From Nitrosopumilaceae archaeon (GTDB taxonomy: Archaea > Thermoproteota > Nitrososphaeria > Nitrososphaerales > Nitrosopumilaceae), in NCBI GenBank assembly GCA_965203465.1, contig CBDBCR010000004.1:1-64000 (forward strand): 64,000 nt of DNA, in the 5' to 3' direction. Positions 40,174-51,240 of the stretch are shown here, piece by piece (positions within the stretch are counted from its first letter, which is position 1; each line of letters starts with the position of its first letter). The position numbers were made by a program, and so were the translations under genes. The notes under the pieces are model-generated. The model saw only the letters and a list, made by a program, of their open reading frames with translations, searched no databases and was not told the origin of the DNA.

Positions 40174-41363
40174 CAGTCCGCACTAGCAGTTACGCCTACT
40201 TTGTCTAGCATGCGTTGACGCGACTTTTTGATGAGGTCTACCAGGCTCTTGCTGGGCCTTATGACCGTCGGCTCTTTTTTCCAAGCGTGCGGTTCTAGCT
40301 CCTTGGACGATTCTTCCAGCCATCCAACCACCTCCATCACGTCAAACTTGAACGGCTTCGTCGTGCCGTCTGCCTCTACCAACTCCCACTCGGCCCCTCC
40401 GTCTTGAGTTAGATCGCACCTAGATCTGAGCGAAGAGTACGTTGGCTCGCCTTCGGCACCCAAGATCGCAAGAGACGCCAAGGCGGCTCTGGCCGCACTT
40501 TCGTCAGCTTTTTGAAAGCGGAGCCTGCGCAATCCTGCAAGCGTGATCACCGTTGTTTGTTTCGCATGATCTACGGTGACCCCCAGGCTCGGGATTTCTT
40601 TACTTACTATGCTCCCGTACCCGTACTCTGACGGCCTTTTGCCGTTTTCGTCTAGGCGCATCTCTCCGCCTTTGATGGATATCTTTACATCCTTGCCAAC
40701 GTTGAACACGTCCGTCTTTGATGCGGGGCTTTTGCATTCCTGCACATTGATGCCTACGATCTCTGACGTTATGCAACGCTGGAACCTTGCGGTAAGCGTG
40801 CCTCCCCAGTATGACTTCCACGCCCCGTACACCAAACTCGTGGTGCTGTACTTTAGTATGGGGGTTGCGTTACGCGTTGTAGCTGATGCGATCTCGCCGC
40901 CTATGGACGTTTTCGGAAACTGGCTTCCGTCCAACACTGAGTCCCGTATTGCGGCGTCAAACACTCTGTGTGGCAGCTCCATGGAGGTCACTACGCCAAT
41001 GTCGGCGATGTCCGCTTCGCCCGTAAAATCCACTGCGACTTTTGGGATCGCCGGTATGCGGTCTTTTGCTATCGAAGTCATGCCTTTGCCGTCAGTCGAT
41101 TTTGTTCGGTACTCGCCATTCGTGAGATTCACCAGAGATTCCTCCATTCTGGCCGCCTGCGACTGCACTGAGTCAAGCAGCACGCACTTTACGTTTTCGT
41201 CGTTGATGCGCCGAGTCTCGTAAGAGTGGGCGCCCCATTTTTTCTTTTCTGGATGCGGGTACGTTGGAGGGGCCAGATAGTCGCCCTTTCCGCCGGCTGG
41301 CTGTAGCCTGCGGACGCGCCTCAGGGCGCTGGCTGTCTCTACCGCCTCTGCAAGCAGTTTCAT
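40173..41363 (-). CDS. cas7: Type I-G Cas7 (Csb1), module B
   Basis: LQPAGGKGDYLAPPTY, LLDSVQSQAARME, LPHRVFDA, LRSRCDL. Confidence 0.92.
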   Translation of the reverse strand: MKLLAEAVETASALRRVRRLQPAGGKGDYLAPPTYPHPEKKKWGAHSYETRRINDENVKCVLLDSVQSQAARMEESLVNLTNGEYRTKSTDGKGMTSIAKDRIPAIPKVAVDFTGEADIADIGVVTSMELPHRVFDAAIRDSVLDGSQFPKTSIGGEIASATTRNATPILKYSTTSLVYGAWKSYWGGTLTARFQRCITSEIVGINVQECKSPASKTDVFNVGKDVKISIKGGEMRLDENGKRPSEYGYGSIVSKEIPSLGVTVDHAKQTTVITLAGLRRLRFQKADESAARAALASLAILGAEGEPTYSSLRSRCDLTQDGGAEWELVEADGTTKPFKFDVMEVVGWLEESSKELEPHAWKKEPTVIRPSKSLVDLIKKSRQRMLDKVGVTASAD

Positions 41364-41998
41364 GCCGGATCGTCTATGGGTGGTCTAAAATGTGTTTTGG
41401 TTTGGGGTTCGCATTCGCCCGTCCCTGCTGCTCCACCTGGGACGGCTAACGCTACCCGCAGCGCGTCCGGCGAACGGTTTGATGGGCCAGGCAGACGTAG
41501 CCGCCGGCGAAATCGGCCATTTCCGCCTACGCTTCGGGCGGCCTTGGCCCGGGAACCGGGGCGTTGAACACGGCCGATCCGGCGGCCCCCGCTAGGACGC
41601 GTCCCGCTCTCTGCCACGCAGCGTCTCGGCTACGCCTGCACACGAATTTGCGCCTCAGAAAGCCCGTCCCGCTAGGACCATCTGCCTCAAGCCTCCCGCA
41701 ACGCACCGAGCGACGGCGTACCGTGCCTTGGATTGTATGTGGTAGGCGAATAGATGCCCGCTACGCTACTGATAACAATAAATGTAGACAGATTCCGGCC
41801 CCTCTATGGAAAGCCCGACAAAGGCGATCGGAGAATGCAGGTCTTACCTGTTCAACGCCGGTCTGCAAAAGCGCGAGAAATGCCGTACTGCGTCCAACGA
41901 ACCTAAAACTGGGAGCCGGCTCAAGCCTGATCTTAACCAGGTCCGCAATGCCCCGGTTGCGCAGATCGCCAGAATCGGGGCAGAGATGTGGTAAGGGA

Positions 41999-44900
41999 AT
42001 GAAAAAATCATCTGTAAAGCGATTGGAAAAAATCCCAGACGAGGATGGGAACGAGCTGTCCATCAAGATAAAAACCAGCGAGATCTCAATCAACCTAAAA
42101 TCACTGAATGCGATGACCGAGGCGGAGATCAGTGACAAGATAACTACGCTTCTTCTAAAATACGGGATAACGCCTTGGCAGCAGCAGGCCATACCGTCGA
42201 GATCTAGGACCAGAAAAATCGGCAGTTGCGATCTGTACATACACGACAAACGCGTGATCATAGAGGTCAAGAAGGTAAAGCGGCTGGAAAAAGGCCCCCA
42301 CAGCCCCGAAAGCGGAGACGGGGGGCGTTCGGCGTTTGACCAGCTTGCAAACTACATCAAGGCCGAACGGTCGCAGAAAAACACACAGATCGTGGATTAC
42401 ATCGACACCGGCGAAGTCTCCGAGCAGACACACTACTGGGTCGGCATAGTCACAAACTACAAAAAGTGGTGGGCTTGGACATGGCCCCCATCCGAATCCG
42501 AGGATGACGGAAAACTACAGGAAAGCTTCAACGGGGTGGAGCTTACCGCGCCAAAAGAACGCCAACTCATAGCACTGCTTCAAAGAAAAGACACCAAACC
42601 CGTTCCCGAAGAACTTGGACCCATGTTTGAGCCCCACTTGAAGCGCTTCCTGAAATTGTACGATAGGGTAAAGGGCTATAGAGACACGCAGACGCAGAAG
42701 GGGTTGTGGTTCAAGCAACTGCAGGCCAGCGGCAATGCGCCCGACACCGAGATCGACGAGATATTTGTCAGGCACACGCTCCTCATTCTCGTCACGAGGC
42801 TGATTTCCAAAGTAGTAGGCAGCCACGAGGACGACGTGATCACGCACGGCTTCGTATGCTGGGTAAGCGAGGGGTGCGATGAGATAAAGTCCCTAACGGC
42901 AGACATTGGAAGCTATGACTGGAACCACGAAACGCGCGACATAATGCGTTCGCTATACATGGGTTTTATTCCAAAAAAACACCGCAAGAGTTATGGAGAA
43001 TATTACACTCCAGATTGGCTTGCAGAAAAATTGGCGAGGACTGTCATAGACGAAAAATACATCAAGGAGCAACTTGAATCCTTCCAGTCCGAAGGCACGG
43101 TCAAGCCAGTACTGGATCCGGCGTGCGGATCCGGCGCGTTGCTGTACCATGCAGGTAGGTTTATTCTGAACTCAAAGGCGGTGGGCGAGGCGCGGCAGTA
43201 CATGAACCCCGCAAAAATCAACGAATTCCTTTGTGCCATGCTTTACGGCATAGACATACATCCAGTAGCAGTCGAGATGGCCAAAACCAACATACATCGC
43301 CTCATACGGTACGCTCCAGACCACCACATACGGGTGTACCAGGGCGATTCACTCCTCTTGAACCGGCCAACCGACAACATTCACAGCTCCGCCATAGCAG
43401 ACCCGGACGATCTAGTCTTGTATTCGCCCAAAGGAACCGCTCTGGTGCTTCCAAAGCTGTTTCTAAAGTCACCGGAGGGAATCGAGATGATGGTGAGGAC
43501 TGCCAAGGAAAAGATCAGACCGCCTGCCGCGTTGACCAAATCACTCGACAAAAAAGACGCAAAAAAAGTCATGACTGCCCAAAAGACGCTGGCTCGGATG
43601 GTAGACGAGGAAGGCAACGGCGTGTGGGAGTGGTACATAAAGAACCAAGCCGCCCCTTTGCTTTTGCAGGAGCAGAAAGCGGGCAGGATAATATCCAACC
43701 CGCCGTGGGTTCGAATAAACCAGATAAACGTGAAAGAACGCAAAGCGCTAATCACAAGCGAGGCCAAAAATCTTGGCTTGTGGGTGGGCGGCAACACGGC
43801 TACAAGCTTTGACATAGCCGCTCTGTTCGTCGACCGGTGTTCCTCGTTGTATCTGACCGATCCGAAAAAAAGCGGCTGGATACTGATTGGAGGCGCGCTA
43901 AAGACATCGGGATGGAGCGGCCTGCGCAAAAGCGACGTGTGGAAGAACTACAAGGCCATGTGGGATCTAGGAAGCATTGCGTTCGAGATGGGGTTTTCAA
44001 CATGCACCGTGTTTTTCGGAATCCGCACGCCCAGCCTCAAGCTTGTCAAAGAACCGAACACCGCTGTAAAACCCAACGAATTCCTGTCAGATATACGGGA
44101 CAAGACTAAATGGGTAAAACCAGACCGGGATTATCCTTTCTACCCGTCGGGATACTTTGCTAACAAAAACGCCGTCGCCAAAAACGGAGCCACGCTGTTT
44201 CCATACAATTTTGTCAGGATTAGAGAAACAGTCTCGGCAGGCGGGAAAGATGTAGGATTCAAAACGCTCTCCAAAAAAAGCAAATGGGACAAATACGGAA
44301 GTCTCGAGGGCAAGGTTCCAGAGGCATGGGTGAGGGACTGCATTTACTCCCAAGATCTGTACCCGTACGCGCCCGAAACCCACACGAAATGCATAATACC
44401 AATGAAGGGCAGCAAGTGGGATCAAACGAAAGATTCACATCCGTACTGGAGAAAGGTGTCAGACGCGTACAAAGAAAACAAAGGAAAGGGGAAAGACACC
44501 CCTTCCACATTGGAAAAAAACCTGAACCACCACAACAAATTAGTCAACCAATTCGGGATCAAAAAGTGGTTGGTGGTTTACAATGCGGGAGGCGAGAATT
44601 TGTACGCCATGAAAACGCCTCCAGGCAGATACATAATCGAACACGGATGCTTCTACGTTCCATGTGAATCCGAGAATGAGGCGGACTATCTTAACGGCGT
44701 GCTGAATTCGCCAGCCATGCTGAAACCCTTCGATAAGGCGAAGACAAGCGACTTGTACTTTGGACTGAGCATCTGGAAATGTGTGCCGATACCCAAGTTC
44801 AACCCAAAGAACAAACTTCACGCAAAACTTGCAAAACTGTCCAAAAAGGCAGGAGTGGCATCTGCGAAGACGTACAAGTCCGAACGTGCGAGCGGGAACA

Positions 44901-45046
44901 GGCTGGACAACTGGTCTATGTCAAGAATAATACAAAAGACGCTTGTGGAAAGCGGAGTTTCGGGGGAGATTGACGATCTGTGCAAGGCCATGATTGACGA
45001 ATACTATCAATCCGTGGCAGAAACCAAAAAATCATATTGGAAGTGA
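41999..45046 (+). CDS. Type IIG-like restriction-modification fusion (PD-(D/E)xK nuclease + N6-adenine methyltransferase + specificity region)
   Basis: CDLYIHDKRVIIEVKK, GEYYTPDWLA, VLDPACGSG, GIDIHPVAV, ISNPPW. Lower GC than the host genes. ATG at 41999 inferred. Confidence 0.85.
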   Translation: MKKSSVKRLEKIPDEDGNELSIKIKTSEISINLKSLNAMTEAEISDKITTLLLKYGITPWQQQAIPSRSRTRKIGSCDLYIHDKRVIIEVKKVKRLEKGPHSPESGDGGRSAFDQLANYIKAERSQKNTQIVDYIDTGEVSEQTHYWVGIVTNYKKWWAWTWPPSESEDDGKLQESFNGVELTAPKERQLIALLQRKDTKPVPEELGPMFEPHLKRFLKLYDRVKGYRDTQTQKGLWFKQLQASGNAPDTEIDEIFVRHTLLILVTRLISKVVGSHEDDVITHGFVCWVSEGCDEIKSLTADIGSYDWNHETRDIMRSLYMGFIPKKHRKSYGEYYTPDWLAEKLARTVIDEKYIKEQLESFQSEGTVKPVLDPACGSGALLYHAGRFILNSKAVGEARQYMNPAKINEFLCAMLYGIDIHPVAVEMAKTNIHRLIRYAPDHHIRVYQGDSLLLNRPTDNIHSSAIADPDDLVLYSPKGTALVLPKLFLKSPEGIEMMVRTAKEKIRPPAALTKSLDKKDAKKVMTAQKTLARMVDEEGNGVWEWYIKNQAAPLLLQEQKAGRIISNPPWVRINQINVKERKALITSEAKNLGLWVGGNTATSFDIAALFVDRCSSLYLTDPKKSGWILIGGALKTSGWSGLRKSDVWKNYKAMWDLGSIAFEMGFSTCTVFFGIRTPSLKLVKEPNTAVKPNEFLSDIRDKTKWVKPDRDYPFYPSGYFANKNAVAKNGATLFPYNFVRIRETVSAGGKDVGFKTLSKKSKWDKYGSLEGKVPEAWVRDCIYSQDLYPYAPETHTKCIIPMKGSKWDQTKDSHPYWRKVSDAYKENKGKGKDTPSTLEKNLNHHNKLVNQFGIKKWLVVYNAGGENLYAMKTPPGRYIIEHGCFYVPCESENEADYLNGVLNSPAMLKPFDKAKTSDLYFGLSIWKCVPIPKFNPKNKLHAKLAKLSKKAGVASAKTYKSERASGNRLDNWSMSRIIQKTLVESGVSGEIDDLCKAMIDEYYQSVAETKKSYWK

Positions 45047-45111
45047 GCGTGTTAGTCAAGTCACAGTTCCTGTCTGAAACTCGAGCAGTATGTCCACACA
45101 ACCTGTAGGAT

Positions 45112-48100
45112 GCTTCAATGGGGCCGCAACTTGATAGTTGCGGAAGGTACGACAAGCTCTACGCGACGAGCGAGCAGGTCTTGCTTCAATGGGGCCGCAA
45201 CTTGATAGTTGCGGAAGGTGTAAACAAAACAGCCGCTAGCCGACCTGCCCGGGGCTTCAATGGGGCCGCAACTTGATAGTTGCGGAAGGCTTGGTGAACA
45301 ATGCTGGCTTCTTGAACCTGTCCCCGGCTTCAATGGGGCCGCAACTTGATAGTTGCGGAAGGCCGGCCCCGGATCGAAGTCCCGGGCAAAGCCCGTGTGC
45401 TTCAATGGGGCCGCAACTTGATAGTTGCGGAAGGGGCATGGCGATAAGAATCAGGCGGCGGTACTGGAAGCTTCAATGGGGCCGCAACTTGATAGTTGCG
45501 GAAGGTCAACACGACTTCCGTGGCCGAGGTCTCGGAAGTCAGCTTCAATGGGGCCGCAACTTGATAGTTGCGGAAGGAGCTCGAGAACCCCGGCGAGGGG
45601 ACGACCCCGTGGGCTTCAATGGGGCCGCAACTTGATAGTTGCGGAAGGTCGCCGGCCTGTTCTGGTGGCTCAGCAGCGCGACCGACGCTTCAATGGGGCC
45701 GCAACTTGATAGTTGCGGAAGGTTTATAACGCTGTTATGAAATAGCCGAAGGGTATATAGCTTCAATGGGGCCGCAACTTGATAGTTGCGGAAGGTGTAA
45801 ACAAAACAGCCGCTAGCCGACCTGCCCGGGGCTTCAATGGGGCCGCAACTTGATAGTTGCGGAAGGCTTGGTGAACAATGCTGGCTTCTTGAACCTGTCC
45901 CCGGCTTCAATGGGGCCGCAACTTGATAGTTGCGGAAGGTGCCAGATAACAGACAACAGCGGGCGCGTTTTTGCAGCTTCAATGGGGCCGCAACTTGATA
46001 GTTGCGGAAGGACGATCCAAGGCGCGACCGACGGCAGCAGGTCGGCAGCTTCAATGGGGCCGCAACTTGATAGTTGCGGAAGGGCTCCACCTCTCCCTCG
46101 GCGTCGCGCGCAATGCGGACGCTTCAATGGGGCCGCAACTTGATAGTTGCGGAAGGTGCTCGCATAAATGCCACGAAAAAGCCCGAGCCCGAGAGCTTCA
46201 ATGGGGCCGCAACTTGATAGTTGCGGAAGGACGATCACGAGTATAACAACAATCAGCCCGTAAGGCTTCAATGGGGCCGCAACTTGATAGTTGCGGAAGG
46301 GTTGGCCCAAGATGAGGTCTTTGCGGACCTAAAGCCGCTTCAATGGGGCCGCAACTTGATAGTTGCGGAAGGTGAAATTTTTGCTACGGACACTCCTGCA
46401 TTGCAGGCGCTTCAATGGGGCCGCAACTTGATAGTTGCGGAAGGACGTACCACGACGTGACCTATTCGTACGAGGACGGGTAGCTTCAATGGGGCCGCAA
46501 CTTGATAGTTGCGGAAGGCATGGTGCGGGGTATGCTCTCAATGCTCGGGGGCGGGCTTCAATGGGGCCGCAACTTGATAGTTGCGGAAGGCATAGTGCTG
46601 CCCGTAAGCGTCTTGAAAATCAAGGCTTCAATGGGGCCGCAACTTGATAGTTGCGGAAGGTCCGCAAGACCGGCTTGCTTCCGTCCTTCGATTGCCGCTT
46701 CAATGGGGCCGCAACTTGATAGTTGCGGAAGGAACTCGCCGGAGGGCCGCGACCTGTACGAGCGGTACGCTTCAATGGGGCCGCAACTTGATAGTTGCGG
46801 AAGGAAAAAGTCGGGCGAAACGACAAAGTACAGGCTGCTAGCTTCAATGGGGCCGCAACTTGATAGTTGCGGAAGGGCGGCGTTCTGGGAAGAATACGTG
46901 GGCGGATACAACGCTTCAATGGGGCCGCAACTTGATAGTTGCGGAAGGCCTAGCCGATGTCAATGACATCAGCGAAGCGATGGAAGCTTCAATGGGGCCG
47001 CAACTTGATAGTTGCGGAAGGGTTGCCACCACACCCACAAAGCAAAACCGATCAAGGGGCTTCAATGGGGCCGCAACTTGATAGTTGCGGAAGGGCGATC
47101 TATCAGCTCGTCACCGGCGCGGTGCCCGAGGCTTCAATGGGGCCGCAACTTGATAGTTGCGGAAGGTTTACCGGCCGCGACAAGTTCGGCAAGGCGTTCG
47201 CGCTTCAATGGGGCCGCAACTTGATAGTTGCGGAAGGACCACCTTGATCGAACCGCCGTGCTCGGCGGCCCACGCTTCAATGGGGCCGCAACTTGATAGT
47301 TGCGGAAGGGTTTCCCATGGCCCGATAAGGCCAATGAGGGTTATATGCTTCAATGGGGCCGCAACTTGATAGTTGCGGAAGGCCTTATACCGTCCATTTT
47401 TTCGGCGACGCCGAGATGGTGGCTTCAATGGGGCCGCAACTTGATAGTTGCGGAAGGGTTAATCGAGAGATCCAAACGACTCAAGCGCACCTGCTTCAAT
47501 GGGGCCGCAACTTGATAGTTGCGGAAGGGCGCGCCCCCAGATTCGCGGCCACGGCCCGCTTGTAGCTTCAATGGGGCCGCAACTTGATAGTTGCGGAAGG
47601 ACCCAGAGCCCGTGCAGGTCTTCCCGCGTGTTTGACGCTTCAATGGGGCCGCAACTTGATAGTTGCGGAAGGCTAACCATAGGCCTAAGGCATAAATACC
47701 CCTAGGTGCTTCAATGGGGCCGCAACTTGATAGTTGCGGAAGGGTTGGCGGGCAATTTGACGGACGCAGAGTTGTTAGAGCTTCAATGGGGCCGCAACTT
47801 GATAGTTGCGGAAGGAGATCCTCAAAGTCCGCAAAGTAGGCGATATTCTGGGCTTCAATGGGGCCGCAACTTGATAGTTGCGGAAGGGTTGGCCCCGGCC
47901 GCCGTGCCCAGGCCGTACCGTATCGCTTCAATGGGGCCGCAACTTGATAGTTGCGGAAGGCAATGGCATGCCCAAAACCGCGACGCACGAAAGGGCGCTT
48001 CAATGGGGCCGCAACTTGATAGTTGCGGAAGGGGTGATCCAGAATGAGTTTGAGCATAATAAGACCAAGCTTCAATGGGGCCGCAACTTGATAGTTGCGG

Positions 48101-48953
48101 AAGGAAGGGACGATAGACCGCGCCGCGCCCGCGGTTCCGGCTTCAATGGGGCCGCAACTTGATAGTTGCGGAAGGAGGTGCGCGGTCGGCGCGCCCTTGC
48201 GGGTGCCCTGGAGCTTCAATGGGGCCGCAACTTGATAGTTGCGGAAGGATCTTGGCCCAAAGACCCCCCCCCCCAAAGCCACGCTTCAATGGGGCCGCAA
48301 CTTGATAGTTGCGGAAGGCCCGCGTCGTAGCCGTAGCCGTGCTCGCCCATGGTCGCTTCAATGGGGCCGCAACTTGATAGTTGCGGAAGGCTATAGTGCC
48401 AAGTTAACCGTCCGATTCACAGTCCGCTTCAATGGGGCCGCAACTTGATAGTTGCGGAAGGATAGACCAGGCCAACAAAGAGATCATCGAACGCGCGCTT
48501 CAATGGGGCCGCAACTTGATAGTTGCGGAAGGCACATAACCGGGGAGCAGAAGAACCGCCCCGCGAAGCTTCAATGGGGCCGCAACTTGATAGTTGCGGA
48601 AGGATAGCGGCCCTCAACGAGGCCAGGGAGAAGCTGACGCTTCAATGGGGCCGCAACTTGATAGTTGCGGAAGGTTTGAGGCTGTCGGTGATCTTTCTGG
48701 CGGGCGTCAGGCTTCAATGGGGCCGCAACTTGATAGTTGCGGAAGGCCGCAAGTTCAGCACCGCGGCAAAACTGCACCTCAGCTTCAATGGGGCCGCAAC
48801 TTGATAGTTGCGGAAGGTAGCTTCAATGGGGCCGCAACTTGATAGTTGCCGCCCGGTGCGCCGGTTGGATGCTTCAAGCAACTTGTATATCGGCCCGCGT
48901 CCGTAGGCCCCCGTTACGCTTCAATGGGGCCGCAACTTGATAGTTGCGGAAGG
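45112..48953 (-). CRISPR. Type I-G CRISPR array: 53 complete 36-bp repeats plus aberrant units at the leader end; 51 regular spacers of about 34-39 bp
   Basis: GCTTCAATGGGGCCGCAACTTGATAGTTGCGGAAGG on the + strand with hairpin CCGCAACT-TGAT-AGTTGCGG. The minus-strand reading ends ATTGAAGC, as typical for the transcribed orientation. Counted by eye. Confidence 0.98.
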
Positions 48954-49122
48954 CCTGCCCGGGCGCCTGAATCCGCTCTGGTCGGTGCGGAATTTCCCGG
49001 CAGGCGGCATACTGTGCGCGGTTTCTGCACGCGCGCCTGCATCGGCATGCGGGCGGACACTTCCGTATATTAACAAACTGCGAGCGCCTCAGCCTGCGCG
49101 CCGCAACCCACAGCCGCTCGCG
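48954..49122 (-). promoter_or_regulatory. Probable CRISPR leader
   Basis: Non-coding stretch between the last repeat and the cas2 stop, with a TATATTAA box near 49066-49073. Confidence 0.6.
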
Positions 49123-49407
49123 TCATATTATGCGCGCCGGCTCGCGCGCGTGCCTCTCCATCCGGGAGCCAACGAACTCTATCCTACCGTCGCCGTCCGA
49201 GCCCATGTCGGCCACCATCACCCGGTCGGCCGACATGTCTATCTGCTCCGCCAAGTCGGCCCGCAGCAGGGCCAGCTCCTTGCGGCTCAGATCGCACAGA
49301 AACACCGAATACTGGGCGGGCTCGCCGTACCCGAGCATCTTTTTGTGGACGCGCTGCAGGCGGCCAGGCTCCGTCACGTCGTAGCAGACGAGGTACGTGC
49401 GCCTCAC
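49123..49407 (-). CDS. cas2: CRISPR-associated endoribonuclease Cas2
   Basis: YLVCYDV...QYSVFLCDL...DRVMVADMG. Confidence 0.96.
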   Translation of the reverse strand: MRRTYLVCYDVTEPGRLQRVHKKMLGYGEPAQYSVFLCDLSRKELALLRADLAEQIDMSADRVMVADMGSDGDGRIEFVGSRMERHAREPARII

Positions 49408-49411
49408 GGGA

Positions 49412-51055
49412 TCACCGGGTCCGGAAGGACGGATAATGCGGTATTTCTTTCAGGAGGTGCCTAGAGAGCAGCCGGGCCTGGGTCTCGAGCACGCGGCGGT
49501 AGCTCGCCGGATACCCGAGCACCGGGTGGTTCACGCTCGCGTCCATCCTCCTCTCGAACGCCCGCGTGGCCGCTATCCTGCCGCCGCTAGACATGAACAC
49601 CCCGAACGGTGTCTTTGTAAAGTCCGACGGCCCTATCTCGCCGTTGTTCAGGGCCGTAATGCACGCCGAATCTGCCGCCAGGGGGCGGAACTCTTCTATC
49701 ATGTCCAGCGCGAGCGCCGGCTTGCCGTACTTTGGCATGTGCAGAAACCCAACGTACGGATCGAGTCCCACCCTGCTGACAGTCGAGGCGGCCTGCGACA
49801 ACAGCAACATGTACATGTATGACAGCACCGCGTTGACCGGATCCTTGGGCGGCCGCCGGTTCCTCCCGTCAAAGTCGAACTCCGTCTCGGCCCTGAGCAT
49901 GGTGCCGAATTTTTCAAAGTACGTGCGGGCCGCCAGCCCCTCTATCCCGAGCAGCTCCTCGTACCCGCGGGCGGCAAGCGCCCGCTCGGCCAGGGCCGAC
50001 ATCTTTTCGACGGCGCCCCGGCAGTCTCTGCCGTTGCGCCTCAGCAGGGTAGCGCAGTTCCTTATCTTGCCGTTGACTATTCTCCTCGCGATGGCCATGC
50101 GGGCCGAGCGGTCGGCGTGGGCCGCGTGCTGCGCTATGCGGAGCTGGGCGTTGCGGTGCCACCCGCCGGTGGCCATCCCCACGAACTTTCCCGAATACGA
50201 CGTGTAGCAGACGGCCACGCCGCGCGCGTACAGTTCCCGCAGCGCCTGCGTGGTCACCTGCACGTTGCCTCGCACGGTCAGCGACGAGACATCGAGCAGG
50301 CGCACGGTCTCGGTCTTGCCACCCTTTACAGATATCTTGAGGCAGTCGCCCGACTTTGAGACGCGTGCGCCTTGATCCTGCACGTGCACCGGCGTCGCGT
50401 CGCTCCTGATGGGGTACATGCGCCTCACCGACTCCTCTTCCACGGCGCCGGTGAGCAGGTTGACTTCGTCCGGCAGGCATATTTCCACCAGCGAGCACCT
50501 GGGGCACTTTGGGCTGTCGACCAGCGGTGGTGGCACCGCGTCCTGCTCCATGGTCTCTCTCATCTCGCGTATCGTTTCCAGGGTCTGCGAGACCAGCTTT
50601 TCGTCAAACTCGACTTCCACGCGCTTTTTGGAGCCGACGTAATACACGATGCCGCGCTCCGATTCGTATCCGTTGGCCTGTAACAACAACCCCTGCGCGC
50701 ACACGTGTATGCGGTGGTCCGGCCATGTGCCCTCTCTGGTCTCGGGCGCCCTGCCGCGCTTGTACTCTACGGGAGTGGCCGTCTTGCCGTCCAGCTCCAG
50801 CAGGTCCAGCCTGGCCGAAAAACCTAGGCCCGGATCGGACAGCTCTACGGATCTTGCGTGCACGCGCTCCCCGTCGGACATCTTTTCGGCACCCGCCTGC
50901 CTGTCCACCCGGCGGTGCGCGTACTTTCCCTCGATCACCTCGGCGTTGTACTCGAATTCTTTCTGGGCGTGCTCCAGGTACCCGAGGCGCTTGCAGTACG
51001 CGTACTGGACGAGCATGCGCAGGCCCGTCAGATCATCCCCGGATTGCGCGCTCAC
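49412..51055 (-). CDS. cas1: Cas4-Cas1 fusion
   Basis: Cas4: YAYCKR, DLLE, PVEYKRG, KCPRCSLVEIC. Cas1: LLGIEGLAARTYF, RNRRPPKDPVNAVLS, GFLH, LALDMIEEFRP. Confidence 0.96.
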   Translation of the reverse strand: MSAQSGDDLTGLRMLVQYAYCKRLGYLEHAQKEFEYNAEVIEGKYAHRRVDRQAGAEKMSDGERVHARSVELSDPGLGFSARLDLLELDGKTATPVEYKRGRAPETREGTWPDHRIHVCAQGLLLQANGYESERGIVYYVGSKKRVEVEFDEKLVSQTLETIREMRETMEQDAVPPPLVDSPKCPRCSLVEICLPDEVNLLTGAVEEESVRRMYPIRSDATPVHVQDQGARVSKSGDCLKISVKGGKTETVRLLDVSSLTVRGNVQVTTQALRELYARGVAVCYTSYSGKFVGMATGGWHRNAQLRIAQHAAHADRSARMAIARRIVNGKIRNCATLLRRNGRDCRGAVEKMSALAERALAARGYEELLGIEGLAARTYFEKFGTMLRAETEFDFDGRNRRPPKDPVNAVLSYMYMLLLSQAASTVSRVGLDPYVGFLHMPKYGKPALALDMIEEFRPLAADSACITALNNGEIGPSDFTKTPFGVFMSSGGRIAATRAFERRMDASVNHPVLGYPASYRRVLETQARLLSRHLLKEIPHYPSFRTR

Positions 51056-51240
51056 GTGTATTTAGCGCCGCCGGGCGATATAAGCGCGGCACGAACCTGA
51101 CGCGGCGGCGCAGGATCTGTAGGCGTAAATGCGGCCCCCGCGGCGGGGGCTTGTAAACCTTTGAACCGTGCCGGACGGCGGGAAGGCGCGGCCTTTCCGC
51201 CTGCGCCCCACTTATTACGCGCCCCGCCCCCGACGGGGCG

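Noticed and set aside
48604-48638. Spacer sharing GCGGCCCTCAACGAGG with the giant protein gene near 8897
   Set aside because: Only 16 contiguous bases match in GC-rich sequence and the rest of the spacer does not; insufficient for a self-targeting claim.
45115-49073. Many short ORFs within the CRISPR array
   Set aside because: These are translation artefacts of the repeat (MGPQLDSCGR, FRNYQVAAPLK).
27553-51055. CRISPR-associated transposon (CAST) or casposon interpretation
   Set aside because: No TnsA/B/C, TniQ, PolB or stand-alone casposase; both Cas3 nucleases appear intact and Cas1 is a standard Cas4 fusion with Cas2.
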